From assembly GCA_944322935.1 (NCBI GenBank), contig CALUQO010000001.1:43934-107933 (forward strand): a DNA stretch of 64,000 nt. Reading direction: 5' to 3'. The translations under genes were made by a program, and so were the position numbers. Under the pieces are notes generated by a model. The model was not told where the DNA came from. It saw only the letters and a list, made by a program, of their open reading frames with translations, and did not search any database. Shown one piece after another: positions 36,360 through 45,488 of the stretch (within the stretch, counting starts at the first letter, position 1; every line of letters begins with the position of its first letter). The stretch is from Candidatus Gastranaerophilales bacterium (lineage in GTDB: Bacteria > Cyanobacteriota > Vampirovibrionia > Gastranaerophilales > Gastranaerophilaceae).

Positions 36360-38330
36360 TTAACGTAATTCTTTTAGTTTTTCTTCATAGGTTGTTTTAT
36401 TATAATTTATCCTTGAGGCAATTATAGGATGCCGGTATTCTGTTTTGTTAATTGAACGCGCATCCACAATCGGAGACGGTGGCATAATAAACCATTTGTA
36501 TAAAGCAGTGGACATCCTTCTGAAAAATTTGTTTAACCATTCAAGTTTTTTGTCTATGCTAAGTTCCTCACCATGTTCTTTAAGGTGTTTTTCGTATAAA
36601 AATTCTGCCCGCATCATGTCTGTTATTGTTTGCTGCAAGTTTTCCACGCGCCATATTACCTCGTCTAAAAATTCATATGGCATAAGCGCCTCTTCCGCAA
36701 GCAATGGTTTGCCTGTTTTAGGGTTTATTGCAAGTTCGGCTCCCGGACGTTTTGCAATAATGGTCTCAGGTATGGCATTTTTTTGTTCTCTGTTTTTGTT
36801 GAGCCATTTTGCAAGTGCAAAAAGTTTTGTTTTGGAAACATCTGCCAAAGGAGCAAATCCGCCAGACATATCCCCGTTTATGGTCGCATAACCCATATAA
36901 AGCTCTGATTTATCCGACGTTGCTATCGGCAAACAGGATTGAAACTCATTAGCAATCCCCCACAGTATCAGGGCTCTTGAGCGCGCCTGTATATTGTCAT
37001 TGGTAAAACACTCACTGTAGCGGCAGTTCCATTTACTTTCCACAGCGCTAAAAGTTTCATCAAACTTTGCACGCGTTGAGTCATACATATCTTTTATCGA
37101 AACTTCCGCAAAGTTTATACCGAGGTTTTGCGCAAGTTCGCGCGCATCGCTTTTGCTTTCAGCGCTTGTTATTTTAGACGGCATACTTATACCGAAAACG
37201 TTTTCAGCTCCTATTGCATCTGCCAGTAATACGGCGCTGACTGTAGAATCCAACCCGCCCGACAGTCCCAGCACCGCTCTTTTGAAACCTGTCTTTTTAA
37301 AATAGTCACGAATTGTTTGTACTATAGTAAGATATGTACGCTCTAAGTCCGGTTCATGATCCAGCGTAAAAGCTTTTTGGGAATTGAGCGTTTTTTCAAG
37401 CCCGTCCGGCAGAGGGTATATTTTCCCTCCTTCTGACGGTGATACGATAAAAAACTGCTCCTGATATGATTTTGCCATAGCGCACAGCCTGCCGTTTTGG
37501 TCATAAACTCTTGAAGCACCTTCAAAAGATAACCCCTCGTTTGAGCCGACCTGATTTACATATATAATAGGGGTTGCGTGTTTTTTTGCAGCAAAAGCAA
37601 GCATATTGTGCTTTAATTGTTCTTTTTTGGCTCTTGTAATTGAAGAAGAACAGTTAACAATATAGTCGGGGTGCTGTTCTTTGATAACAGTTTCCACAGG
37701 GTCAACGCCGTATAAATTTTTGTCAAAAAAGTCAAAATCATTCCAACCGTCTTCACAAACTATTATGCCCGCTTTGTTTTGCCCTATTGTTGTAATCCTT
37801 TGCTCGCTATTAACAGGTGCCGGTTCAAAATGTCTGTAGTCATTAAATTCCGCATAATTTGGCAGCAGAGTTTTTCTTATAATACGTTCTATTTTTCCTT
37901 CTGACAAAACAGCAATTGAATTAAAATATTTTTTGCCCCCTTTTGTTTTGTTAAATTCCGCAAAACCCATTATAACTTTTGTTTTACCGGTTGTTTTTGC
38001 GGCGAGCGCTTTTAACCATTCAATGTTTTCTTCTACTATAATCGGAAACCTGTCAATAAAATCTCCGATAGGGTATCCTATTAAATACATTTCAGGAAAC
38101 ACAACGGCATCGAGATTCAGTCTTTGTGCCCATTTTATCCACTTAAATGCTTTTATTGCATTGCTTTTTACATCACCCGAGGTCGGATTTATCTGAGCCA
38201 ATGCTATTGCATCTTTTGGAATATATTTTTGTATTTGTATGGCAAGACTCTGTTTTTCGTTTTCTGTTAAATTATCTTCAAGCAAGTCTTTATCAAGTGT
38301 ATCGGTTAGTGCATAAATGTTTTCATCCAT
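36360..38330 (-). CDS. nadE: glutamine-dependent NAD+ synthetase (CN-hydrolase + NAD synthase domains)
   Basis: N-terminal nitrilase-type domain (FPEMYLIGYP, IVCED) and a C-terminal PP-loop domain (LGLSGGLDSTV, ATSDKSELYMGYATINGD). 656 aa. Confidence 0.95.
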   Translation of the reverse strand: MDENIYALTDTLDKDLLEDNLTENEKQSLAIQIQKYIPKDAIALAQINPTSGDVKSNAIKAFKWIKWAQRLNLDAVVFPEMYLIGYPIGDFIDRFPIIVEENIEWLKALAAKTTGKTKVIMGFAEFNKTKGGKKYFNSIAVLSEGKIERIIRKTLLPNYAEFNDYRHFEPAPVNSEQRITTIGQNKAGIIVCEDGWNDFDFFDKNLYGVDPVETVIKEQHPDYIVNCSSSITRAKKEQLKHNMLAFAAKKHATPIIYVNQVGSNEGLSFEGASRVYDQNGRLCAMAKSYQEQFFIVSPSEGGKIYPLPDGLEKTLNSQKAFTLDHEPDLERTYLTIVQTIRDYFKKTGFKRAVLGLSGGLDSTVSAVLLADAIGAENVFGISMPSKITSAESKSDARELAQNLGINFAEVSIKDMYDSTRAKFDETFSAVESKWNCRYSECFTNDNIQARSRALILWGIANEFQSCLPIATSDKSELYMGYATINGDMSGGFAPLADVSKTKLFALAKWLNKNREQKNAIPETIIAKRPGAELAINPKTGKPLLAEEALMPYEFLDEVIWRVENLQQTITDMMRAEFLYEKHLKEHGEELSIDKKLEWLNKFFRRMSTALYKWFIMPPSPIVDARSINKTEYRHPIIASRINYNKTTYEEKLKELR

Positions 38331-38491
38331 AATAAAACTTTCTTAAATGTTAAATACTCCCTCGTCTATCTAATTTTAACAAAAAAATAACCGATAGTTC
38401 CGTTTTGACATGTTACGTACTTTTTATACACCCACCCCAAAAAACTGAATCAGCAGCACTTTTTTAAGATAAAAGCATTATTATTTGTAAC

Positions 38492-38518
38492 ATCATAGCC
38501 GACTTTTGTAAGGACTCC
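38492..38518. repeat. left terminal inverted repeat
   Basis: See the island feature (38492..39277). It is followed by the hairpin CGTAAAGGTAGAC-TAAA-GTCTACCCTACG. Confidence 0.7.
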
Positions 38519-38840
38519 ACAAGCATGATTAAGCGTAAAGGTAGACTAAAGTCTACCCTACGATACTGTATTCCATCAGGGCTTTGCCCCAGTTCACTAT
38601 TAAAAGAACAAGCGTATTTGCAATATCATAATGAAGTCGTGAAGCCATTTTGCACGTTTCGCCACAGCTCAACGGCAAAAGAAGGCAACCCCCTACGGCT
38701 CACAAAGTGAGCCGTTATTGTGTATTGCCGCACGCGGAAATGGAAATAAATAACAACCTTTACCGCGCAAGCGGTCTGCGGCTCTGCCGCTGGAACTGAT
38801 TACAGACTCTTGGTATTTACGCACAAAATTTTCGTTAAGC

Positions 38841-38935
38841 AAGGACTCCGTTCAAAAGTTGACTAAATGTCAAGTTTTGAATGGAGGTATGCAAAGTCAG
38901 AAGCGAAGCTTCTGTGAGCAGTAAAATAATTAAAT
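38841..38935 (+). repeat. internal two-hairpin module, copy A
   Basis: AAGGACTCCGTTCAAAAGTTGAC-TAAAT-GTCAAGTTTTGAATGGAGG...GTCAGAAGC-GAA-GCTTCTG..GCAGTAAAATAATTAAA. Confidence 0.65.
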
Positions 38936-39048
38936 TTTGAAGATAAATACTTTAGAGTCTGTTTTGATTGCGTATTTTTCTTTCTTTGCTTGAGTCGTAG
39001 GCAAGCCGAAGGCGAGCCTTACGAATCAGGATGCCCTTGGGTATGGTT

Positions 39049-39150
39049 CGTTTTTAATTTTTATACTGCACGCAGATACTTCGTATCTGACTTAGCCTGC
39101 CTCTATTCAAAATGATACTTAATCATTTTGAACAGAGTTCTTGCAAAAAA
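39049..39150 (-). repeat. internal two-hairpin module, copy B (inverted)
   Basis: The reverse complement reads AAGAACTCTGTTCAAAATGAT-TAAGT-ATCATTTTGAATAGAGG...GTCAGATAC-GAA-GTATCTG..GCAGTATAAAAATTAAA. It is colinear with copy A, and the stem differences between the copies are compensatory. Confidence 0.65.
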
Positions 39151-39250
39151 GAAAGAAAATGAACATAAGAAAATAAAACGTATTTTACGCAACAAACAAA
39201 AGCAGATTCATCCATTGTTCATCGTAAAGGTAGACTATAATCGTGCTCGC

Positions 39251-39277
39251 GGAGTCCTGACAAAGGTCGGCAATGAT
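39251..39277. repeat. right terminal inverted repeat
   Basis: Its reverse complement matches 38492..38518 at 24/27 positions. Confidence 0.7.
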
Positions 39278-39282
39278 ATTTT

Positions 39283-39423
39283 TTAAAGATTACATTTTTG
39301 AGCCATTTTATCCGCTTTATCAATTTTGTAAAGAATAATATCGATTTGTTCTTTTAGCCCTTCGAGCAGCGCTCTTAATTCAAATTTAAAACTGTAAGCA
39401 CCGGGCCAGAAATATTTGTCCAT
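39283..39423 (-). CDS. small hypothetical protein (46 aa)
   Basis: ATG at 39423 lies 9 nt after AAGGAG. Translation is MDKYFWPGAYSFKFELRALLEGLKEQIDIILYKIDKADKMAQKCNL. The longer track ORF (to 39474) has no RBS. Confidence 0.4.
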   Translation of the reverse strand: MDKYFWPGAYSFKFELRALLEGLKEQIDIILYKIDKADKMAQKCNL

Positions 39424-39619
39424 AAAATTATACTCCTTCTTTTTTTGTTCATTTTTCTTATCGGCAATTTGCATTCAAAACTTTAATAATTAGTTATTTA
39501 TGTTAAGAAAGATTAATAAAAATTCTATTTAATATTAATATCCTTTGAGCTAAAATATTTGTGTAAATTTTGGGGTATTGCTTTAACAGCCCTGCCAAAC
39601 AAAAGAAAAGGAATGTATT

Positions 39620-40441
39620 ATGTGGGATTATACAGATAAAGTAATGGATCACTATAAAAACCCGAGAAATGTCGGAGAAATAGAAAACCCTTCAGCCATT
39701 GGCGAAGCAGGCTCACTTGTCTGCGGCGATGCGCTGAAATTATATTTAAAAGTAGATGACAAAGGTGTTATTACAGACGCAAAGTTCCAGACCTTCGGCT
39801 GCGGTTCTGCCGTTGCATCGTCAAGCGTTTTAACAGAAATGATTAAGGGTATGACGATTGATGAGGCTTCTAAAATAACAAACCAGCAGATAGCCGATGC
39901 ACTGGGCGGTCTGCCGCCTCAAAAGATGCACTGTTCGGTTATGGGGCATGAGGCGCTTGAATCCGCTATTGCAAACTACAAGGGTGAGGATGCGGCAATG
40001 CACTGTGATGAAAAAATCATCTGCAAATGCTATCACGTAACGGAAAATGTTATACGTGAAGCAATCGAACAGAACAACCTCACAGACCTTGAAGATGTAA
40101 TGAATTACACAAAAGCCGGCGGTGCCTGCGGGCAATGCCATGTGGCCGTGCAAAAAATCATTGACGAATTTAAAAACAAAAAAGAAAAAGTCGACATAAA
40201 AAATATGTCCGTCACACAGCTTGTTTTAAAAATCAACAACGTTATAGAAAAATATATCTCAAACGAACTGAGAAAAGACGGCGGAGATATTGAACTTATT
40301 GACGTAAAAGATAACAAGGTCTATGTTTCTCTCAAAGGAATGTGCAAATCCTGCAAGTTTTCTTCAAACACCTTAAAAAACTTTGTGGAAGCTTCGCTAA
40401 AAGAACACATTTCACCTGATATTGAAGTTGTGGAGGTTTAA
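39620..40441 (+). CDS. nifU: NifU-type Fe-S cluster scaffold (IscU-like N domain, BFD-like [2Fe-2S] middle, NifU C domain)
   Basis: YKNPRNVG, GDALKLYL, FQTFGCGSAVASSS, HCSVMG; the central CKCYHV...CGQC; C-terminal DGGDIELIDV and CKSC. Confidence 0.93.
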   Translation: MWDYTDKVMDHYKNPRNVGEIENPSAIGEAGSLVCGDALKLYLKVDDKGVITDAKFQTFGCGSAVASSSVLTEMIKGMTIDEASKITNQQIADALGGLPPQKMHCSVMGHEALESAIANYKGEDAAMHCDEKIICKCYHVTENVIREAIEQNNLTDLEDVMNYTKAGGACGQCHVAVQKIIDEFKNKKEKVDIKNMSVTQLVLKINNVIEKYISNELRKDGGDIELIDVKDNKVYVSLKGMCKSCKFSSNTLKNFVEASLKEHISPDIEVVEV

Positions 40442-40443
40442 TC

Positions 40444-41655
40444 ATGCCTGAAAATAATACACACAAAGTTGTCTATCTTGACAACAACGCAACCACCATG
40501 GTTGACCCTAAAGTATTCGAAGCAATGAAACCGTATTTTTGTGAATTATACGGAAACCCTTCGAGCATGCACACTTTCGGCGGTCAGGTTCACAAGGCTG
40601 TCGATAAAGCGCGCGAACAGGTAAAAGACTTTCTCGGAGCAGCAGACGCAAAAGAAATTATCTTTACGGCCTCCGGTTCAGAAGGCGATAACATGGCCAT
40701 AAGAGGTGTTTTAGAAGCAAACAAGAGTAAAAAACACATCATAACAACAAAAATCGAACATCCGGCCGTATTAAACGTATACAAATATCTTGAAAAACAG
40801 GGATATGAAGTTACCTACCTTGATGTGGACTCTCAGGGCAATCTGGATTTGAACCAGCTGAGCAATTCGATAACCGATGATACAGCGCTTGTCAGCATTA
40901 TGTATGCAAACAACGAAACAGGCGTAATTCTGCCCGTTGAAAGAGCGGCCAAAATAGTTAAACAAAAGAATCCTAAAATAAAATTCCATGTTGATGCTGT
41001 ACAGGCTGCAGGAAAAATCCCGCTGGATGTAAAAAACAGCGACATAGATTTGCTGACCATAGCAGGGCATAAAATACACGCCCCTAAAGGTATAGGCGCA
41101 TTGTACGTTAAAACGGGGACTTTGCTTCCGGCGTTCATCATAGGCGGACATCAAGAACGCGGAAAACGTGCCGGCACGGAGAATGTTCCATATATTGTGG
41201 GGCTCGGTCTTGCCTGTGAAATAGCGAAAAACTCGCTCAATTATGAAATGACAGAGGTAAAACGTCTGAGAGATAAGCTTGAGCAGGGTATTTTAAAACG
41301 TATATACAATGCAAAAGTCAACGGCTCAACCTCTAACAGGGTGCCTAATACGACAAATATAGGATTCCAGTACATCGAAGGCGAGCTGATACTTTTACAT
41401 TTGAGCGATTTAGGCATCTGTGCAAGCTCCGGAAGCGCCTGCACCTCGGGCAGCCTTGAGCCGAGCCATGTTCTAAAATCAATGGGCGTACCGTTCGAAT
41501 CACTTCACGGAAGTATACGTTTCAGCCTGAGCAGGTTCACGACAGAAGAAGAAATAGACTATGTTCTTGATGTTCTGCCGGATGTAATCAAAAAGCTCAA
41601 TCATATTTCACCATACCAGAGAGAGTTAAAAGAGCTGGAACAAAGCCACAAATAG
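40444..41655 (+). CDS. nifS: cysteine desulfurase NifS
   Basis: YLDNNATT, PLP-lysine IAGHKIHAPKGIG, RAGTENV and the active-site loop SSGSACTSG. Confidence 0.95.
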   Translation: MPENNTHKVVYLDNNATTMVDPKVFEAMKPYFCELYGNPSSMHTFGGQVHKAVDKAREQVKDFLGAADAKEIIFTASGSEGDNMAIRGVLEANKSKKHIITTKIEHPAVLNVYKYLEKQGYEVTYLDVDSQGNLDLNQLSNSITDDTALVSIMYANNETGVILPVERAAKIVKQKNPKIKFHVDAVQAAGKIPLDVKNSDIDLLTIAGHKIHAPKGIGALYVKTGTLLPAFIIGGHQERGKRAGTENVPYIVGLGLACEIAKNSLNYEMTEVKRLRDKLEQGILKRIYNAKVNGSTSNRVPNTTNIGFQYIEGELILLHLSDLGICASSGSACTSGSLEPSHVLKSMGVPFESLHGSIRFSLSRFTTEEEIDYVLDVLPDVIKKLNHISPYQRELKELEQSHK

Positions 41656-41863
41656 CAGTTTTTTCGGAGTTATAAAAAAGCTCCGGCAGCAGATGATTCT
41701 TAGAGCTGCATCAGCAGCGGCCGCGGGGCAGACATTGGTCTGCGCCTTTGAATGTTACTAATGTCCGGCATATCTTTGCAACAACAATGAATATACTGAT
41801 TTAATCAATATTAAAAAAGAGGGTTTAGCCCCTCTTTGTTTAATATATTTTAGTAAATGCCGG

Positions 41864-42022
41864 TTATACCAAACCTAACATTTTTTTGTACCAGCTGAAA
41901 GTTTCAAGTTCAAGTCCGTTAAATGTTGTTTTCAAGCATTGTCTTTTCAGATAGCATTCGAATTCATCATTAAATTTGGATTTAACCTTTTTTTCTTCCT
42001 TTGATGCAGTTTTTGTGGACAT
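41864..42022 (-). CDS. small hypothetical protein (52 aa), below the ORF-track size cutoff
   Basis: ATG at 42022 lies 8 nt after AAGGAGG. Translation is MSTKTASKEEKKVKSKFNDEFECYLKRQCLKTTFNGLELETFSWYKKMLGLV. It is followed by a hairpin/T-run at about 41814-41842. Confidence 0.5.
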   Translation of the reverse strand: MSTKTASKEEKKVKSKFNDEFECYLKRQCLKTTFNGLELETFSWYKKMLGLV

Positions 42023-42235
42023 AATTGGCCTCCTTTTTGGATTTTGGGATTAAATAAACACAATATATATAAATCAAACCTAGACCTATGAATTTTATTA
42101 TAGCATACTTTTGCAATGTTTGTCATTAAATTTACTATAAATGTAAAAGTTGTAAAGGTAAATTTTTGCTAAAAATCAAGCTGTTTTTAAGTTTTGTATC
42201 GTTACACATCTTAACATTTAGTGTACTAATAACAA

Positions 42236-42940
42236 TTATTGCAAAACCGCTCTTGCAATTTTTCCCGGCGGATGCAGTCTGTCGCCGGAAGGCAAGTCTC
42301 CGTATTTTTCTTTCATACGAGCTATAAGGCGTTTTTTGTCGGGGTCGGGGTCAAAAAACAGTTTTTCGTATATGCTGACTCCGTCCGCAACAATAGGTGC
42401 AGTTGAGTTGGAAAAAACTTTTCCGTACTTCTTTATAAAAGCACGATGTGCAACTGCATTCATCCCCAAAAAGTTTAACTCCTCCTGGACAGAACTTTGA
42501 CCGTCCTTATCTTTAGCGTGTCCTGCCTCGTGCAAAATAGCCTCGCCTATCGCCAGCATAACAGCGAAATCTTTTGTATTTTGGTATTTTTTATTTATCA
42601 TTATTGCGTTGCGGTCAAAACTATACTGTGCGTGCACCCCTTTTTCATATGGTTTTGCAAAATGCAGACGGATGTTTTCTTTTTCTATAAAATCAACACA
42701 CTCTCTGCCCGATTTAAAAGGAAGTTTGATTCCGATTGATTCCATATATTTTATATCTTCAGGGGCAAACGTCAGTTCATTTATTTCGGACAACGCTGTT
42801 GTTAACACATTATCACGCACCCAGGGCAAGTCTTTTTGAAAATCTATTTCCTTGGGTTTTAATGCATTTTGCTGCGGTTTCCAATTGTATTTTGTTACAA
42901 AAGAGGATATATTTGCATATACAGGCGAAATGGGAACCAT
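42236..42940 (-). CDS. HExxH zinc-metallopeptidase-like protein
   Basis: AILHEAGHAKD motif. No Sec signal. The N-terminus is polar (MVPISPVYANISSF...IDFQK). Confidence 0.65.
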   Translation of the reverse strand: MVPISPVYANISSFVTKYNWKPQQNALKPKEIDFQKDLPWVRDNVLTTALSEINELTFAPEDIKYMESIGIKLPFKSGRECVDFIEKENIRLHFAKPYEKGVHAQYSFDRNAIMINKKYQNTKDFAVMLAIGEAILHEAGHAKDKDGQSSVQEELNFLGMNAVAHRAFIKKYGKVFSNSTAPIVADGVSIYEKLFFDPDPDKKRLIARMKEKYGDLPSGDRLHPPGKIARAVLQ

Positions 42941-42966
42941 AAAACCTACTCTTTATTTTTAAAAAT

Positions 42967-44184
42967 TTAGTTTTTATCATCAAAAGAAATCGTGTAATCA
43001 GGACTTACAGCCAGCCATCTGAAAGATTCCTGCTCATCATTTTCAGGCAGGTCAACAACAAATGTGCCGCCGTATCTTCCTCTTGAAAAATTGACAATAC
43101 CCTGTTTTGCAAGATTTTGCAAGGCTTTCCGTATTGTGTTTGAAGAAACATCAAACTGCTTTGCTAAATCATCCATGGAAGGAAGTTTGTCCCCTATATC
43201 ATAATTGGAAGAAATGAATTTTTTTATTTCATTTTCAATTTTTTGATAACTATAAAACGCTGCTTCCGCTGCTGAAGCGAATATTGATGTTTCGTTAAGA
43301 GGCTGCATGATATTTTGCGTGGAGTCATTGCCGGGAATTTTTATTATTGTTGTACCGTAACGTCCGCGCCGTGCCAGCAGATAGCCCTCATCAATAAGCG
43401 TTTTCATTGCATCGTGAACTGTTTTTATGCTTACTTTTAGAATCTCGGATAATTCTTGATGCGCCGGCAGTCTGTCGCCAATTTTATAATTTGTTCGTAT
43501 GTAGTCTTTTATTTCCTGCTCAACCTTGTATACAAGGGTATCTGCTGTTATTTCCTCCGCTTCATTGTGCAGAACCGACTCTTCTTCTTCGGAAAATTCT
43601 GGATATTTTTTTAATATCCAGTTAGAATCGTTTGAACGGAATGCTTTAGCAGCTATAACGCCCTGTGCCGCAAGAAAATCCAGTGCAAGTCTTATTGTAT
43701 TTGTTGAATTTCCTATTTCTGCAGCTAGAAAACGGGCAGAGGGAAGAGAATCGCCTAAAGCAAGATTGTTGTCAACGATATACTTTTTTATTTGGGTGAT
43801 TACTTTTTCTCTTTTTGAAGAGGCCTTTCGTATAATAGGATTAGAGGCACTTTCGCCCCTGATAATAGTACCGATGCGTTGTTTAGATTCCAGCAGTCCT
43901 GCATCTTCCACGCATCTTACCGCATTTTGTACAGTACCGACACTTACCCCCAAATAATATGCAAGATCCTGTTTTTTAGGCAGCAGTGAGTTAGGCCGGA
44001 TTCCGCCTTTTTGTATACCAGATACAATCCAATCGGTCAACCATTTTTTTATTATGGAATCTTTTGATTCAAATGTATTTTTAAAATCAGGAATCTCTTT
44101 TGGAAGCTGGTTAATTTCTATGCGATGGAGTTCTGATTTTTCTAATTTTTCAAATGTAATTTCTGATGCAGATTTGCCTGCCAT
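42967..44184 (-). CDS. protein composed of four tandem GntR-type winged-HTH domains
   Basis: Four copies of the GntR pattern (..G..LPS...LA...GVS..T...A...L...G.......G.G.FV) at aa ~43-108, 127-191, 217-282 and 311-377. No effector-binding domain. Confidence 0.8.
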   Translation of the reverse strand: MAGKSASEITFEKLEKSELHRIEINQLPKEIPDFKNTFESKDSIIKKWLTDWIVSGIQKGGIRPNSLLPKKQDLAYYLGVSVGTVQNAVRCVEDAGLLESKQRIGTIIRGESASNPIIRKASSKREKVITQIKKYIVDNNLALGDSLPSARFLAAEIGNSTNTIRLALDFLAAQGVIAAKAFRSNDSNWILKKYPEFSEEEESVLHNEAEEITADTLVYKVEQEIKDYIRTNYKIGDRLPAHQELSEILKVSIKTVHDAMKTLIDEGYLLARRGRYGTTIIKIPGNDSTQNIMQPLNETSIFASAAEAAFYSYQKIENEIKKFISSNYDIGDKLPSMDDLAKQFDVSSNTIRKALQNLAKQGIVNFSRGRYGGTFVVDLPENDEQESFRWLAVSPDYTISFDDKN

Positions 44185-44400
44185 TTTGAGGAACCTCCAA
44201 GTTTATACACCTTAGTAATGCTGTACTCACACAATTATAATTGCTTATTATACCATATAACTAAAAAAACAACAGATATTTTTTTGTTAATTTTTTATGA
44301 ATTGTAAAGTAATTCTTAACAAAAATAAAAAATTAAGCAATTTTCGGTTAAAAAAATTTTTTTTATAATTGGGAATATTATTTTTGAGGAGAAAAACTAT

Positions 44401-44985
44401 ATGTCAGCTATTAACGGTGACACCATCACCATCCAAAACGGCCAGACACTGAGCCAAATTGCGGAAGAATACGGAGTTTCCGTGGCAGCAATTCAAGCGG
44501 CCAACAACTTAAAAGGGACAAATATCATTGCTGGAACAGAACTTATAATACCCTTTCCCGAGCCGGAATTCAGCAATGATTACACAAACAACAAACTGGA
44601 TAAATATAAATTTTCTAAAAAAGAAATAAAAGAAAATTCAGAATATTCGGAAGAAAAAATTGCACTGGCAAATTCAACAAACAAAAAACTAAAAGATCAG
44701 GTTGCCAGACTGACAGTTAATAAAAAATCGGGTTATGTTCAAATTAATTTAAAGCAGGATATTACTGCAGATGAGCTAAAAGAACTATACAACATTCCCG
44801 ACGGAATTTTAAAACATTACAATGATTTGGAATTCGAATGGAAAGATACGGGTGACGAAGCAGGGCACCAGTACAAAGATTGGGGCAATCCAACTTTTTA
44901 CAGAGGAGAATCCGTAATTGTTCCGCCGAGCAGTTTTGAATATCTCGGCTTTTTCCGAGAAACATGGGAAGCATTAACACGCTGA
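44401..44985 (+). CDS. LysM-domain protein, no signal peptide
   Basis: ITIQNGQTLSQIAEEYGVSVAAIQAANNLKGTNIIAGTELIIP is a canonical LysM domain at the extreme N-terminus. GAGGAG RBS. Confidence 0.75.
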   Translation: MSAINGDTITIQNGQTLSQIAEEYGVSVAAIQAANNLKGTNIIAGTELIIPFPEPEFSNDYTNNKLDKYKFSKKEIKENSEYSEEKIALANSTNKKLKDQVARLTVNKKSGYVQINLKQDITADELKELYNIPDGILKHYNDLEFEWKDTGDEAGHQYKDWGNPTFYRGESVIVPPSSFEYLGFFRETWEALTR

Positions 44986-45146
44986 GAATGCATATTTTCA
45001 GATAACTAAAACCTAACAAGGGCGTAGCAGAATTGGCTGCATAGGGAGACAATCCCTATCGCCCCTGAGGTTTTAAGGCAAAAAGCAGAAAAATGCCGGA
45101 GCATAACTCCGACATTTTATCTGCTGGTCTTAAAATAATGCTGGTG

Positions 45147-45488
45147 TTAATCCCCAGGCGGCTGATACCACTGGAGAACATCCGGATAAATGCAATTATC
45201 GTTCAGTTTTCTGCCCGAGAAGAATATTGCATTAAGCTCGGATTTTTGTTTGCCTTCAAGGTTTTCAAAATACTGATCCTGTCGGATGAGCACTGCAATT
45301 TCTCTTTCGGCGTTAAGATTGTCGTTAGAAAGCTGGGATTCCAAAAATTCTATACGTTCTTTAATCTCACGTCTGGCTGACCTGATTGCGTCCATCACTT
45401 CGTCAGCATTGTTCAATGTCTGTTTTACTTGATTTTCTACTAGTTTCAACATAAAATAACCTAAATTGTCTGGATACGGTACACTCAT
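45147..45488 (-). CDS. hypothetical protein
   Basis: 113-aa ORF with a helical/coiled-coil character and a G-rich RBS. No recognizable family. Confidence 0.5.
   Translation of the reverse strand: MSVPYPDNLGYFMLKLVENQVKQTLNNADEVMDAIRSARREIKERIEFLESQLSNDNLNAEREIAVLIRQDQYFENLEGKQKSELNAIFFSGRKLNDNCIYPDVLQWYQPPGD

Larger units (their letters stand above)
38492..39277. mobile_element. noncoding island bounded by imperfect terminal inverted repeats (MITE-like or structured-RNA locus)
   Basis: Left end ATCATAGCCGACTTTTGTAAGGACTCC and the reverse complement of the right end ATCATTGCCGACCTTTGTCAGGACTCC match at 24/27 positions, and similarity continues about 60 nt inward. There is no credible ORF. 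The interior is dense with hairpins and has higher GC than the surroundings. Confidence 0.45.

Noticed and set aside
38525-38710. 61-aa ORF inside the noncoding island
   Set aside because: It has no RBS, its composition is driven by hairpin sequences, and it overlaps the terminal repeat. It is most likely not coding.
38695-38715. Group II intron domain 5-like hairpin
   Set aside because: It is a perfect 9-bp stem with an AAA triloop. It lacks the AGC triad context, the 2-nt bulge and the GNRA loop of D5, and there is no reverse-transcriptase ORF.
38331-39282. Possible CRISPR array or tRNA/tmRNA/RNase P gene in the long nadE-nifU spacer
   Set aside because: The repeats are inverted and irregularly spaced rather than direct and evenly spaced. 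There is no T-loop (GGTTCGAATCC-like) next to an acceptor stem, no GAGGAAAGTCC P4 motif, and no tmRNA tag or 3' CCA-type end. It is kept as an unclassified structured or mobile element instead.
39620-41655. Nitrogen-fixation locus
   Set aside because: Only nifU/nifS-type Fe-S assembly genes are present, with no nifHDK/ENB. These are housekeeping Fe-S biogenesis genes in many anaerobes.
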